Positions 38,341 through 48,501 are shown, counted from the whole stretch's first letter. The stretch is DNA of 60,530 bases, filler included, from 3 parts of 3 records of this genome joined end to end with filler, not necessarily neighbours in it; one strand, 5' to 3'. Numbers and translations are program-made. Notes: generated by a model not told the origin, from the sequence alone.

Positions 38341-38943
38341 TCAGCTCGGCGGGGTCGTCAGAAGGCCTTCTCCAAGAACCTTGAAAGCGTCGATCACCTT
38401 CTTCAGGTCCGCTTGCGGGTCATCGCTTGCCGCAATCCAGAGCGCTGCATTGAAGGCAGCGCCGTTCAGAAGCCGCGCAGCGGCTTCCGCGTCGACGGGT
38501 TTTACCAGGCCTTCGGCGATCAGACGTTCAAGCGCACTGGTCGTTGTCTGCAGGCAAACATTCTGGCTCGGCCACTGTGACGGATCGCCAAGTACGGATG
38601 GTCCGTCCAGCAGCACGATACGCTGCACTTCCGGCTTCAGAGCCATCTCGATATAGGCGATGCCTTCTGCCATGAGCGACTCCCATTCGCTCCCGCCAAG
38701 CCGGCTGGCGGCTTCCTTGGCTTCGGCTGCAATTTCGCCATCGAGCTGATTGACCACCGCCTGCAGCAGGCCCTTCTTGTCTCCGAAATTGTGATAAAGC
38801 GCGCCGCGCGTCAGGCCGACAGAAGCGGTCAGTTCATCCATGGACGCAGCCGCGTAGCCCTGTTCGGCAAAGGCTTTTCGCCCTGCCGCTATCAGCTTTG
38901 CCCGCGTTTCCTCCATCATTTCGGCTCGTTTTCCCGGCGCCAT
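38341..38943 (-). CDS. TetR family transcriptional regulator
   Basis: FAEQGYAAASMDEL..VGLTRGALYHNFGDKKGL HTH. Confidence 0.92.
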   Translation of the reverse strand: MAPGKRAEMMEETRAKLIAAGRKAFAEQGYAAASMDELTASVGLTRGALYHNFGDKKGLLQAVVNQLDGEIAAEAKEAASRLGGSEWESLMAEGIAYIEMALKPEVQRIVLLDGPSVLGDPSQWPSQNVCLQTTTSALERLIAEGLVKPVDAEAAARLLNGAAFNAALWIAASDDPQADLKKVIDAFKVLGEGLLTTPPS

Positions 38944-38960
38944 CCTTACCTCGCAAATTC

Positions 38961-39026
38961 GCATACGCCGCGTACGCCAATTGACATACGGCGCGTATGT
39001 GAGTTATTCACATACGCAGCGTATCT
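38961..39026. promoter_or_regulatory. Three 17-bp palindromic operators overlapping the divergent tetR/ridA promoters
   Basis: gcatacgccgcgtacgc, acatacggcgcgtatgt and acatacgcagcgtatct; TTGACA at 38981-86. Confidence 0.75.
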
Positions 39027-39088
39027 CAATAAGCGCTCCCCGTTAAGCCCGGTTTCACACCGAAGCTCCAACCCTGAAAGGACTGAAC

Positions 39089-39487
39089 ATGACCAAGAAC
39101 CAACCCGTTTTTCCGGAAGGCCGTCACGCCCTTTATGACACGCATAAATATTCGGCTGCTCTTCGCTCCGGCGACCTTCTTTTTGTATCCGGTCAGGTCG
39201 GCAGCCGCGCAGATGGCACGCCTGAACCAAACTACGAAGATCAGTTGCGCCTGGCCTTTGAAAACCTGCTAGCCGTACTCAAAGCGGCCGGCTGCGGACT
39301 GGACGATATCGTCGACGTCACGACCTTCCACACGGACCCGGAAAACCAGTTCGAGAGCCTGATGAAGGTGAAGGACGAGGTTTTCGAAGAAGCGCCTTAT
39401 CCGAACTGGACGGCTGTCGGCGTCAACTGGCTGGCCGGTTTCGATTTTGAAATCAAGGTCATCGCACGAATTCCCGACGGCGCCTGA
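39089..39487 (+). CDS. RidA/YjgF family protein
   Basis: YSAALRSGDLLFVSGQVG, PYPNWTAVGV and FEIKVIA. Confidence 0.9.
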   Translation: MTKNQPVFPEGRHALYDTHKYSAALRSGDLLFVSGQVGSRADGTPEPNYEDQLRLAFENLLAVLKAAGCGLDDIVDVTTFHTDPENQFESLMKVKDEVFEEAPYPNWTAVGVNWLAGFDFEIKVIARIPDGA

Positions 39488-39667
39488 CACCTTTTCGGCA
39501 GACCTGCCTTCCGGTTTCATCGAGCCTGAAGGCAGGCCGGACCGAAACCAGCCCCTCAACGGTTGCAAGCAGCAATGTGGCACACCACGTGCGGAAGGCG
39601 CTGGGAGAAGGGCGCCTGACCTTCTCCAGCGCATGTCAGCCGATGCACGCTCAATGGAGACCAGGTT

Positions 39668-40492
39668 ATGAACGACACCACGAATTGGCACCTTTCCGAA
39701 GAAATCCGGACATCTGCCGGTGTCGTGATGGCAGGCCGGGCGGGTGAAGGGCCGTCGCTGGTGCTCGCACACGGCTGGCCGTGGTCGTCCTGGTCCTGGC
39801 ATCGGCTCATTCCGGAGCTTTCCAGGAAGTTCCGCGTCCACTGGTACGACATGCCGGGATACGGCCAGTCGGCAAAGTCACCTGAGCAACGCACATCCCT
39901 CGACATTCAGGGGAAGATCTTTGCCGAAATGCTCGATCATTGGCAACTCGAACGGCCCTCGGTCGTGGCCCATGACTTTGGCGGGGCAACAACATTGCGG
40001 GCGCATCTTCTGCACGGCTGTGATTTCGACAAATACGTCTTGATGAACGTCGTTGCCCTCAGCCCCTGGGGGTCGGAGTTCTTCGATCATGTCGGCCGCC
40101 ATGTGGAAGCCTTTGTCGGGCTCCCGCCGCATATCCACCGCGCGGTTGTCGATGCCTATATCGGCGGCGCCCTTGTCAACGAAATCGGGGCCGAGGCCCG
40201 CGCGGCACTGGCTGGCCCCTGGCTGACCGAAGAAGGCCGCGGCAGCTTCTATCGCCAGTTCGCCCAGGCAGACGAAGCCTATACCAACGAGATCGAACCG
40301 CTTTACGGCGACCTTCGGTGCCCGGTGAAGATCCTGTGGGGACAGGACGATCCGTGGATCCCGATCGACCGGGGCCGGGCTCTGCACGCCGCCATTCCGC
40401 AGTCGACATTCGAAGCGCTGCCGAGCGCCGGCCACCTGCCGCAACTCGAAGTGCCGGATCTTGTTCTGGCCAAGCTGGGTGCCTTCCTCTGA
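39668..40492 (+). CDS. Alpha/beta hydrolase
   Basis: HGWP oxyanion motif, AHDFGG nucleophile elbow (Asp), WGQDD and AGHLPQLE. Confidence 0.88.
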   Translation: MNDTTNWHLSEEIRTSAGVVMAGRAGEGPSLVLAHGWPWSSWSWHRLIPELSRKFRVHWYDMPGYGQSAKSPEQRTSLDIQGKIFAEMLDHWQLERPSVVAHDFGGATTLRAHLLHGCDFDKYVLMNVVALSPWGSEFFDHVGRHVEAFVGLPPHIHRAVVDAYIGGALVNEIGAEARAALAGPWLTEEGRGSFYRQFAQADEAYTNEIEPLYGDLRCPVKILWGQDDPWIPIDRGRALHAAIPQSTFEALPSAGHLPQLEVPDLVLAKLGAFL

Positions 40493-40513
40493 GGGACAGG
40501 CGTCAGCTGCAGC

Positions 40514-41479
40514 TCAGATCTTGCGCAGGGCGACCTTGGCAATCTTGTGACTGGAATCCTTGGTCAGGATCAGGTCGGCGCGAGGCCGCGTCGGCAGGAT
40601 GTTTTCGCGCAGGTTGACCAGATTGATGTCGTTCCAGATGCGATTGGCGGTCGTGACGGCTTCCTGATCCGTGATCCGCGAATACTTATGGAAATAGGAT
40701 CCCGGATCGCGGAAGGCCGTCTCGCGCAGGCGCATGAAGCGGTCGACATACCAGTTCAGCAGCAGGGTTTCATCGGCATCGATATAGACCGAGAAGTCGA
40801 AGAAATCCGAAACGAACGGCACAGCCCGCCCGTCCTTGGGCAATTCGCGCGTCTGCAGCACGTTGAGGCCTTCGACAATCAGAATATCGGGCCGGTCGAC
40901 CGTCACCGTGTGGCCGGGCATGACATCGTAGTAGAAGTGCGAATAGACCGGTGCCCGGACGAACCTCTTGCCTGCCTTGATGTCGGACAGGAATTTCAGC
41001 AGACGTGGCCTGTCGAAACTTTCCGGAAAGCCCTTCTTGGACATCAGCCCTTCGGCTTCCAGCACCGCGTTTGGATACAGGAACCCGTCGGTGGTGATCA
41101 GGTCGACCTTGGGACTGGCCGGCCAGCGGGCCAGAAGCTCACGCAGGACGCGCGAAGTGGTCGACTTGCCGACAGACACCGACCCGGCAACACCGATAAT
41201 GAACGGCGTCTTGCCGTCGCGGGTGCCGAGGAAGTTCTGCGTTGCCTGAAAGATGCTGATGGTTGCTTCGGCATAAAAGGCAAGCAGACGGGAGAGCGGC
41301 AGGTAGATTGTCTCGACCTGCTCGATCGAGACCGGCGCATTGAGGCCCTGCAACTGGGCCACCTCATGCGCATCCAGCGTCATGGGCGTGTCCGCACGCA
41401 GTCTTGCCCACTCGCGCTCGGTGAACACCTGGTAGGGGGACAGATCCATGTCCAGGGCCGTGGCGACTTTCTGATCCAT
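40514..41479 (-). CDS. coaA: Type I pantothenate kinase
   Basis: [27 protein letters not shown] and NILPTRPRA. Confidence 0.96.
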   Translation of the reverse strand: MDQKVATALDMDLSPYQVFTEREWARLRADTPMTLDAHEVAQLQGLNAPVSIEQVETIYLPLSRLLAFYAEATISIFQATQNFLGTRDGKTPFIIGVAGSVSVGKSTTSRVLRELLARWPASPKVDLITTDGFLYPNAVLEAEGLMSKKGFPESFDRPRLLKFLSDIKAGKRFVRAPVYSHFYYDVMPGHTVTVDRPDILIVEGLNVLQTRELPKDGRAVPFVSDFFDFSVYIDADETLLLNWYVDRFMRLRETAFRDPGSYFHKYSRITDQEAVTTANRIWNDINLVNLRENILPTRPRADLILTKDSSHKIAKVALRKI

Positions 41480-41542
41480 TACTTCGCAGTTCCTGCTGCG
41501 CGGCTGAACGCCGGATCCGGTACAGAGCCTGCAGGCCCTGGA

Positions 41543-41866
41543 TTATTCCTGAGGCCGGGACGCCTTTTCTTCCAGTCCGGTCTGTCCCGTACGGCTCGCA
41601 AGCTCCTTCATAACATCCCCGAGGGGGACATTGGAGACATTGAGAACCACCAACAAGTGATAAAGCACATCGGCGGCCTCGGCCGTCAATTCCTGCCGGT
41701 CCTTCTGAACGGCGGCAATCGCCGCCTCAACCGCTTCTTCCCCCAGCTTCTGGGCGCATTTGGCAACGCCCTTGTTGACGAGCTTGCGCGTATAGGACTT
41801 GTCGTCCGCGCTATTCGCACGTGCAGCAATAATGGCGTCCAGATCTTCCAAAGTGAAGTCGGTCAT
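41543..41866 (-). CDS. hisE: Phosphoribosyl-ATP diphosphatase
   Basis: [11 protein letters not shown] and [11 protein letters not shown]. Confidence 0.95.
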   Translation of the reverse strand: MTDFTLEDLDAIIAARANSADDKSYTRKLVNKGVAKCAQKLGEEAVEAAIAAVQKDRQELTAEAADVLYHLLVVLNVSNVPLGDVMKELASRTGQTGLEEKASRPQE

Positions 41867-41890
41867 TCGGCTAGTTCCCTTGAGGCCGTT

Positions 41891-42670
41891 TCAGGCGTCG
41901 AGGCGCATCGGTACGCCGGCGTCGTTCATGTAGTGCTTGGCTTCCTGAATGGTATATTCGCCAAAGTGGAAGATCGAGGCGGCCAGCACCGCAGTGGCAT
42001 GGCCATCACGGATGCCTTCCACCATGTGATCCAGATTGCCGACACCGCCCGAGGCGATCACCGGCACCGGCACCGCATCTGCAATCGCCCGGGTGAGGGC
42101 GATATTGTAGCCGGACTTGGTGCCATCCCGGTCCATGGACGTGACCAGCAGTTCACCGGCGCCCAGTTCGACAACCTTCCTGGCGAACTCAACAGCATCG
42201 ATGCCGGTGGCATTGCGGCCGCCATGGGTGAAGATCTCGAATTTTTCCGGTTCGCCCGGAGCGTTGACCTGCTTGGCATCGATGGAAACGACGATGCATT
42301 GCGCGCCGAATTTTTCCGCCGCTTCGCGCACGAAATCCGGATTGGTAACGGCCGCCGTGTTGATCGACACCTTGTCGGCTCCGGCAATCAGCAGCTTGCG
42401 AATGTCTTCCACCGTGCGCACGCCGCCACCGACGGTAACCGGCATGAAACAGGCTTCGGCCGTGCGCCGGACAACGTCGTAGATCGTGTCCCGGCCCTCG
42501 TGACTGGCGGTGATGTCCAGAAAGCAGAGCTCGTCCGCCCCGGCCGCGTCATAGGCCTTGGCGGCTTCCACCGGATCACCGGCATCGACCAGATCCACGA
42601 AGTTGACGCCCTTGACGACACGGCCGTCCTTGACGTCGAGACAGGGAATGACACGGGCTTTCAAGGTCAT
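41891..42670 (-). CDS. hisF: IGP synthase subunit HisF
   Basis: [24 protein letters not shown] and LAASIFH. Confidence 0.97.
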   Translation of the reverse strand: MTLKARVIPCLDVKDGRVVKGVNFVDLVDAGDPVEAAKAYDAAGADELCFLDITASHEGRDTIYDVVRRTAEACFMPVTVGGGVRTVEDIRKLLIAGADKVSINTAAVTNPDFVREAAEKFGAQCIVVSIDAKQVNAPGEPEKFEIFTHGGRNATGIDAVEFARKVVELGAGELLVTSMDRDGTKSGYNIALTRAIADAVPVPVIASGGVGNLDHMVEGIRDGHATAVLAASIFHFGEYTIQEAKHYMNDAGVPMRLDA

Positions 42671-43410
42671 GATGCTTTGCTCCGCGCGGCCAGGATCAAT
42701 TCCATGGCTTCTTTCGGATCGAGACGGCCGTCGTAGAGTGCACGGCCCGAGATTGCCCCTTCCAGGATGGCGCAGTCCGGCTCCAGCAGGCGGTGAATGT
42801 CGTCGATCGACGCAAGGCCGCCCGAGGCAATGACCGGAATGGAGACGGCGCGGGCAAGTTCCAGCGTCGAGGGAATATTGAGACCTTTCAGGACGCCGTC
42901 GCGATCGATATCGGTGTAGATGATCGCCGCAACGCCTGCATCCTCAAACTGCCGGGCAAGATCGACTGCGGTAAGTTCGGACGTTTCCGCCCAGCCCTCG
43001 ACGGCGACATAGCCGCCCTTGGCATCAATGCCGACGGCAACCTTGCCCGGGAACTTGCGGCAGGCTTCCTTCACCAGGTCCGGATCGCGCACCGCAACAG
43101 TGCCCAGGATGACGCGGCTGATGCCCTTGTCCAGCCAGGTTTCGATATGTTCCAGCGTCCTGATCCCGCCACCCAGCTGCACCGGGTTCTTCGTTGCCCC
43201 CAGAATGGCATCGACAGCCGCGCCGTTGACGCTCTCGCCGGCAAAGGCGCCGTTGAGATCGACCACATGGAGCCATTCGAAGCCCTGATCCTCGAACGCC
43301 CGGGCTTGCGCACCCGGGTTGTCGTTGAACACGGTTGCCTGGTCCATGTCGCCCAGTTTCAGGCGAACGCACTGGCCATCCTTCAGATCGATGGCGGGAA
43401 AGAGGATCAT
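42667..43410 (-). CDS. hisA: ProFAR isomerase HisA
   Basis: [26 protein letters not shown] and TDIDRDG. Confidence 0.97.
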   Translation of the reverse strand: MILFPAIDLKDGQCVRLKLGDMDQATVFNDNPGAQARAFEDQGFEWLHVVDLNGAFAGESVNGAAVDAILGATKNPVQLGGGIRTLEHIETWLDKGISRVILGTVAVRDPDLVKEACRKFPGKVAVGIDAKGGYVAVEGWAETSELTAVDLARQFEDAGVAAIIYTDIDRDGVLKGLNIPSTLELARAVSIPVIASGGLASIDDIHRLLEPDCAILEGAISGRALYDGRLDPKEAMELILAARSKAS

Positions 43411-43416
43411 GTCGCT

Positions 43417-43704
43417 TTAAATTCCTTCAACGATGACGATTTCGCCATCGGCTACTTTCTGGCGGATTTTCACCGCTTCCTGATATTCCGGCGAATTATA
43501 GCAATCAACCGCGTGCTGGAAGCTCGGAAATTCGATGATGACGTTGCGTGCCCGGCCCGGGCCTTCGATGGCATCGGTCTTGCCGCCGCGGGCAAGGAAA
43601 TTGGCGCCGAACCGCTCGAAGGCGGGCTTTGCCGTTTCCACGTATGCCGGATATCCGTCGACGTCATGCACGTCGACACGGGCGATCCAGTAACCTTTGC
43701 TCAT
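43417..43704 (-). CDS. DUF1330 domain protein
   Basis: FLARGG, IIEFPS and CYNSPEYQ; lies within the his operon. Confidence 0.88.
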   Translation of the reverse strand: MSKGYWIARVDVHDVDGYPAYVETAKPAFERFGANFLARGGKTDAIEGPGRARNVIIEFPSFQHAVDCYNSPEYQEAVKIRQKVADGEIVIVEGI

Positions 43705-43728
43705 GTTGGCCTCCCAGGCGCTTCTTGT

Positions 43729-43805
43729 TTAAGGGGTCCAGTCCAGGAAATTGGCGATCAGCTCCAGACCGAGCCGCTGGCTTTTTTCCGGGTGGAACTG
43801 GGTGC
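43729..43805 (-). CDS. hisH: HisH C-terminal fragment (truncated by contig end)
   Basis: Manual translation TQFHPEKSQRLGLELIANFLDWTP*. Not in the ORF track. Confidence 0.9.
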
Positions 43806-43905
43806 NNNNNNNNNNNNNNNNNNNNNNNNNNNNNNNNNNNNNNNNNNNNTTAATTAATTAANNNNNNNNNNNNNNNNNNNNNNNNNNNNNNNNNNNNNNN
43901 NNNNN
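43806..43905. other. Artificial contig linker
   Basis: 44 N + TTAATTAATTAA + 44 N. Confidence 0.97.
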
Positions 43906-44209
43906 GTCCGTCAGAACGTCCGTCATTGCGTCCGTTATTACGCAATATCAGGATCCCATGAATATGATCCGGCATTACCTGAAACGCGTCTAATTGTACG
44001 TTATCGGCATGGTGTTTGATTTCGTGCCAGAAGACATCAGCCAGGACGCCGATGTGCGAGAGATGCATTGTGCCGTCAGCGATGTTGCCAAAGTACCGGT
44101 ATCGGTTTTTGGTGCAGATTGTGATGAAATATGCGCCGCTTCAGCCGTAATCCCATTTGGGATTGCGGGCGGAGGGAATGCGGAATCGGTTGTGATACAA
44201 ATCTGCCAT
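43906..44209 (-). pseudogene. RAYT-like Y1 transposase with in-frame TGA, truncated by contig end
   Basis: Manual translation MADLYHNRFRIPSARNPKWDYG*SGAYFITICTKNR...VMPDHIHGIL. TGA at 44143-44141. Confidence 0.82.
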
Positions 44210-44529
44210 ACAGTCGTACCCTGATGCGAGAGTTGTAAATACATGATTGCCAGGCTGGAGATGCCGGCCGGTCAGCTATAAACGCCAAAACTTTGAGCCG
44301 ATTGCCGTCAAGGGCGTTAGGGCACGACGATTGGTATATTTGGGCGTTGTCGCGCGCAGCACACGCCAGAATCACACACCTGAGCCTCCAGTCTCAATGC
44401 CTAACAAAAAACCTCAAATGAGCCAGCTGGAAACCGTAGGTGACAGCGCAGCGCTCAAAACCACAATCCTTGACCAAAATCACAAAACATTTATGCCTGT
44501 TTAGCCTTGAAGAATACACAGATTGTAGC

Positions 44530-44922
44530 TCAGCCGCTAAGAAGCGCGAGCAGAATCCCAACCCCAAGTGCCATAGACGCCAGACCAAAGAGCCACAAGC
44601 GTCTCGTCACCAGTGGAGCGGACCATTGTGCAAACCGATAGTGCAGGCGCCACGGAATGCAGCCGAGTATTACACTGGTGATTATCAGAATCAGGCCAAA
44701 GCCACGGAAAATGTCAGGAAGCGGAAGCTGCGGCGCTTGGAGAAAAAATGCTATGCCCAAAATAATGCGAATGCCAAGCTCTGCGAAGTGTTTGCCGGCC
44801 GATGACGCAAATGCCTGCAGGAATCCTGTGGTCCGCTCAGGAGCTGCGAAACAGGCGACTCCCAGCCCAACAAAATAGAGGCCACACAAGGCAATCGTGA
44901 TCCAGCTGAGTGTCTCGAGCAT
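44530..44922 (-). CDS. Hypothetical membrane protein (about 4 TM)
   Basis: Hydrophobic 130-aa ORF starting MLETLSW. Confidence 0.7.
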   Translation of the reverse strand: MLETLSWITIALCGLYFVGLGVACFAAPERTTGFLQAFASSAGKHFAELGIRIILGIAFFLQAPQLPLPDIFRGFGLILIITSVILGCIPWRLHYRFAQWSAPLVTRRLWLFGLASMALGVGILLALLSG

Positions 44923-44982
44923 TCTGGTCGATTTGTTTGTTGCATCAGTAACAGAGTGTATGCAAAGTGTATGACAGAAACC

Positions 44983-45018
44983 AAAAAAGCCTTGCAGACA
45001 TAATATCTGCAAGGCTTT
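44983..45018 (-). terminator. Terminator downstream of tRNA-Glu
   Basis: aaagccttgcaga/tctgcaaggcttt 13-bp stem with a U-tract on the minus strand. Confidence 0.8.
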
Positions 45019-45021
45019 CTG

Positions 45022-45093
45022 TAGTCCGTACGGGACTCGAACCCGTGCTGCCGCTGTGAAAGAGCGGTGTCCTAACCACTAGACCAACGGACC
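45022..45093 (-). tRNA. tRNA-Glu(TTC)
   Basis: GGTCCGT acceptor, D-arm, CCGCT-CTTTCAC-AGCGG anticodon arm, ACGGG-TTCGAGT-CCCGT T-arm. CCA is not encoded. Confidence 0.95.
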
Positions 45094-45180
45094 ATCACCC
45101 TGATTTAAGGGACGACAAACTTACGACTTAATCAGGCCAATAGCAATAGTTAAGCCTGAAAAAATCGAAATTTGTGCGAT

Positions 45181-46290
45181 TTAATTTTTGAGATGCCAGC
45201 TCCGCAGGATGTTGGTCATCACTCCCTGCTCGCGTAAAGTCAATAGATTGAAGTTGATCTGGTCGCGTAGTACCGAGTCACCGCGTGAGATGGCAAAGGC
45301 GTAAAACTCGCCGTGATTGGAAAGCTCTATCAAAAACAGAGGATCGTCGATGTTGGAGTGCGTCTGGTTGGCGTACTTGAGAACCGGGTAGTCATTAGCG
45401 ATAGCATCCACCTGGCCGTCGTTAAGCAGCACAAGCGCCTCGTCGATAGTCTCAACCGGCTTGATGCGCCCGCCACTGGAACGGATCAGTGCCTCACCAG
45501 TGGTGCCAGAGAGGACTGCGACCTTGCGGTTTGCCGTATCGTCTATGCCCGTGATTTCCGTGTGCGTTAGCGAGAAGACCGTGAAAGTTGTTGCGATACC
45601 AGCCGTCAAGGACGATGCTGTGACCATCGCCACGAGCATCCAGATTCCCGTTATCAGGCGCCCACGCGACGTGCTTGGCGCGATGTCACCGTAGCCAACC
45701 GTCGTGAACGTTACCAGCGCCAGCCACATGCCTGCGCCAACGCCCTGCACGTAGCGCTCGGAAACCATTTCGTTGGTTTTGCGCTCCACAATCCAAAGCA
45801 GGTTGGCAAACAAGAACAGGATGACCATCAGGGAAATGATGGCGTACAGGAAGGTGCTGCTCAGGAAAGGCGCAATCACGCCCCAGGCGCTGAAGCTGTC
45901 CTGGCGCGTAGCCAGCCCGGCATAAGAATGGTAGTACGGGACCGTGAAGTCGATCTGGCGCGTGCGTTCCTCGGTGATCGAAATCGGGCCGATGGCTACG
46001 TCTACCTCTTCGTGGTAAATTGCGTCAATTGCGTCGTGCACCTGCGGCATTTCCACAAATTCATACTGCAGTCCGGCGGCGGCGGCCGCATGCTGCCATA
46101 GCTCGACTGCGATTCCGGCCGGCGGATGACCTTCGCCAATAATCGAGAATGGCGGTGAACCCGTCACAGCAACGCGCAGTGGCGTGTTCGCGACGGCAAT
46201 TGTGTCCAAATCGTCCTGCGCACGCAGGTCGGCAGCAAAAAAGCCGCAGGCCGCGAGTGTGAAAATGATAATTTTGCCGAGGTATCTCAT
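45181..46290 (-). CDS. GluR0-like ligand-gated K+ channel (SBP + pore)
   Basis: Signal peptide, S1 (PPF, GPISITEER), TM, pore TTVGYGD, TM, S2. Confidence 0.85.
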   Translation of the reverse strand: MRYLGKIIIFTLAACGFFAADLRAQDDLDTIAVANTPLRVAVTGSPPFSIIGEGHPPAGIAVELWQHAAAAAGLQYEFVEMPQVHDAIDAIYHEEVDVAIGPISITEERTRQIDFTVPYYHSYAGLATRQDSFSAWGVIAPFLSSTFLYAIISLMVILFLFANLLWIVERKTNEMVSERYVQGVGAGMWLALVTFTTVGYGDIAPSTSRGRLITGIWMLVAMVTASSLTAGIATTFTVFSLTHTEITGIDDTANRKVAVLSGTTGEALIRSSGGRIKPVETIDEALVLLNDGQVDAIANDYPVLKYANQTHSNIDDPLFLIELSNHGEFYAFAISRGDSVLRDQINFNLLTLREQGVMTNILRSWHLKN

Positions 46291-46457
46291 TGGCTTGATT
46301 TGTCCGATGAAGTCACAAAGAGTGCGGCTCAGAATGTATGGCTCAGGAGCCGCCTCAGGAGCCACGGGATAGTCCCTGGAGTCTGTTTGAGCCGGAATTT
46401 GCCAAAATTTATGCCGGTGGTCAAATCTGGAGCCATTCAGGCGGCAATTATTGAGAG

Positions 46458-47162
46458 TTGATGAACAGCCCCGAAGTCACATCCAATCAGCAGGACGTAC
46501 ATCCGCAGCTGCTGCGGCGCCTGGCGCGTTACCGCACTAGTGAGTTCCGCCGCCCGCCGCATGATGCCAGCCGCGCAGCTTTTGAGGCGGCCACGCATTT
46601 GTGGCAGGCTTCCGGCAAGCCGCTGATTCTGGACTCGGGCTGTGGCATAGGCGACAGCACGATTCAGCTGGCGCGGCTTTTTCCGGAGCACTTTGTGCTG
46701 GGCGTTGACAAATCGCGTGAGCGCCTGCGGCGTGGCACACAAAGTTTTGGGGCGCTGCAGTCTGCAAACTTCGCCTGCATTCGGGCTGATCTGATCGATT
46801 TCTGGCGCTTGGCGCGCGCGGCAGGCTGGACGCCGCAACGCCACTATGTGCTGTACCCGAATCCGTGGCCGAAGTCCGAACATTTGGTGCGCCGCTGGCA
46901 TGCACATCCGGTTTTTGGTGATATGCTTGCGCTGGGCGGCGCGCTGGAGCTGCGTACCAACTGGAAAACGTATGCCGCCGAATTTGGAATTGCGCTGGCA
47001 CTCTACGACCTGCCCTGCACGATTAGACTGGATGACGGCAGCCAGGGGTTAACGCCATTCGAACGCAAATATCTTAACAGCGGGCACAAGCTGTACAGAT
47101 TATGTGCCGATCTAAATGCTTATGCTGCGTCCCTGCGCGCTGCGGCCGCGGAGCAGAATTAA
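46458..47162 (+). CDS. TrmB-like SAM-dependent methyltransferase
   Basis: LDSGCGIG, GVDKS, YPNPWPKSEH, ELRTNW and TPFERKY. Confidence 0.8.
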   Translation: MMNSPEVTSNQQDVHPQLLRRLARYRTSEFRRPPHDASRAAFEAATHLWQASGKPLILDSGCGIGDSTIQLARLFPEHFVLGVDKSRERLRRGTQSFGALQSANFACIRADLIDFWRLARAAGWTPQRHYVLYPNPWPKSEHLVRRWHAHPVFGDMLALGGALELRTNWKTYAAEFGIALALYDLPCTIRLDDGSQGLTPFERKYLNSGHKLYRLCADLNAYAASLRAAAAEQN

Positions 47163-47221
47163 AGATTAAACTTCCGTGAATGTGATGCCGCTACAGAATA
47201 GCACGGCACAGAAAGTACTCT

Positions 47222-47635
47222 ATGCTTTACTCTAAACACTTTACGCCTGCCGAGGCGACCCGAACTCTGCCGTTGGTGCGCAAGATTGTTGAAGACGTGT
47301 TGGCGGTCGCCGCTGAGATGCGCACACTGCTGAGTGATGCTGCGACGGCCAACTCACCTGAGCTGGAAGAGCTGCGCACGCAGATCCATGCCTATATGCA
47401 GGAGCTGAGCGATCTGGGCTGCGAATTCAAGGACTGGTCGTTTGACGTTGGCCTGGTAGACTTTCCAGCGATCATAAACGGTGAGGAAGTTTTTCTGTGC
47501 TGGAAAAGTGATGAGCCCGCCCTCAAGTTTTACCACCCGATAGAAGGCGGCTTCCAGGCGCGCGCGGAGATCCCGCAGGAGCTGTTTGAAGAGCTGGAGC
47601 CACCGGCCGCCGCCGATGGGACGCCGGAAGCATGA
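47222..47635 (+). CDS. DUF2203 domain protein
   Basis: FTPAEA..LP, KD...GLVDFPA, LCWK..E and GFQAR. Confidence 0.82.
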   Translation: MLYSKHFTPAEATRTLPLVRKIVEDVLAVAAEMRTLLSDAATANSPELEELRTQIHAYMQELSDLGCEFKDWSFDVGLVDFPAIINGEEVFLCWKSDEPALKFYHPIEGGFQARAEIPQELFEELEPPAAADGTPEA

Positions 47636-48225
47636 GTGACGCTGCCGCCTGGGATAAAGGCAATTGGTTTGTGGCTTTCCCGCTCGAAGCCGCCGGCTGG
47701 CTGCCGGCCATGCGTGTCAGTGCGCCGCCGGCAATGCGCATGTTCGATGTAGCCGATGTGCATATGACCTTGGCGTTTCTAGGGCGCCTGGGGGCGGAGC
47801 AGATCGAGAAAGTGTTAAACGAATTTGCACAGATTTCGACAGATGAATTAAAGCCGCTTAGTCTGCGATTAGATAGTTTAATGCTTTTGCCGCAGCCCGA
47901 AAGATTCAGTGCGGTTTCCTGGTCACTTAAACAGGGGGCCGGCGGTGGACGGGAATTGGCAGCCGAGTACATTGGTGGTTTACGTCCGCGGTTTTACGCT
48001 GCCGCCGGCGTAAAAGCTGATGCGCGTTCGCCGCTGCCGCACATAACAGTTGGACGTCCAAAACGCGCGGCAAACACTTCACAACGCAGCGAAATTGCAA
48101 GCTGGTCCGCAGCTGTTAAGCCGCCAGATATTGAGTTGAATGTTAAGTCGCTGGCCTTGTACTGCTGGGCACGTGATCGCGGTGTGCGTCAGTTTCACAT
48201 TTGGCACTCGCAGGCTCTGGTTTAG
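47632..48225 (+). CDS. 2H phosphoesterase (RNA 2',3'-cyclic phosphodiesterase, ThpR-like)
   Basis: Two HxT motifs (HMTLAFLG, PHITVGR); ATGA overlap with the upstream gene. Confidence 0.85.
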   Translation: MSDAAAWDKGNWFVAFPLEAAGWLPAMRVSAPPAMRMFDVADVHMTLAFLGRLGAEQIEKVLNEFAQISTDELKPLSLRLDSLMLLPQPERFSAVSWSLKQGAGGGRELAAEYIGGLRPRFYAAAGVKADARSPLPHITVGRPKRAANTSQRSEIASWSAAVKPPDIELNVKSLALYCWARDRGVRQFHIWHSQALV

Positions 48226-48501
48226 TGGTTTTTGGGTTGCTTGTTCTGAGGCTGGTGCTCTTGCTGTTAAGTTGGGTTATGGGCTCGTTTGTTTAAGTCT
48301 TTGTGGCTCGTTTTTACCTGTGTGGCTTGTGTCTGACTGGCTCTGCGGCGGACTTGGCACTTGTGTCTAAATGGTATGCGGTGGGCTTAAATACTTGGGT
48401 CTTGAGTCTCGGTGCAAAACAAAATGGCTGTTAAAAAAGCGCCCGCCAGGGCAAGCGCTCAAGTGTTTTTGTGTTGCTGGTTTTGCTGGGAAAGTATCGC
48501 C

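Noticed and set aside
40547..42736. 729-aa plus-strand ORF
   Set aside because: Antisense shadow across coaA-hisE-hisF; a codon-bias artefact.
44141..44143. TGA recoding (Trp or Sec) in the RAYT
   Set aside because: Neighbouring genes on the same contig use TGA as stop; a nonsense mutation or sequencing error is simpler.
43906..45093. tRNA-anchored integrative element
   Set aside because: No integrase or duplicated tRNA 3' end is visible before the contig ends.
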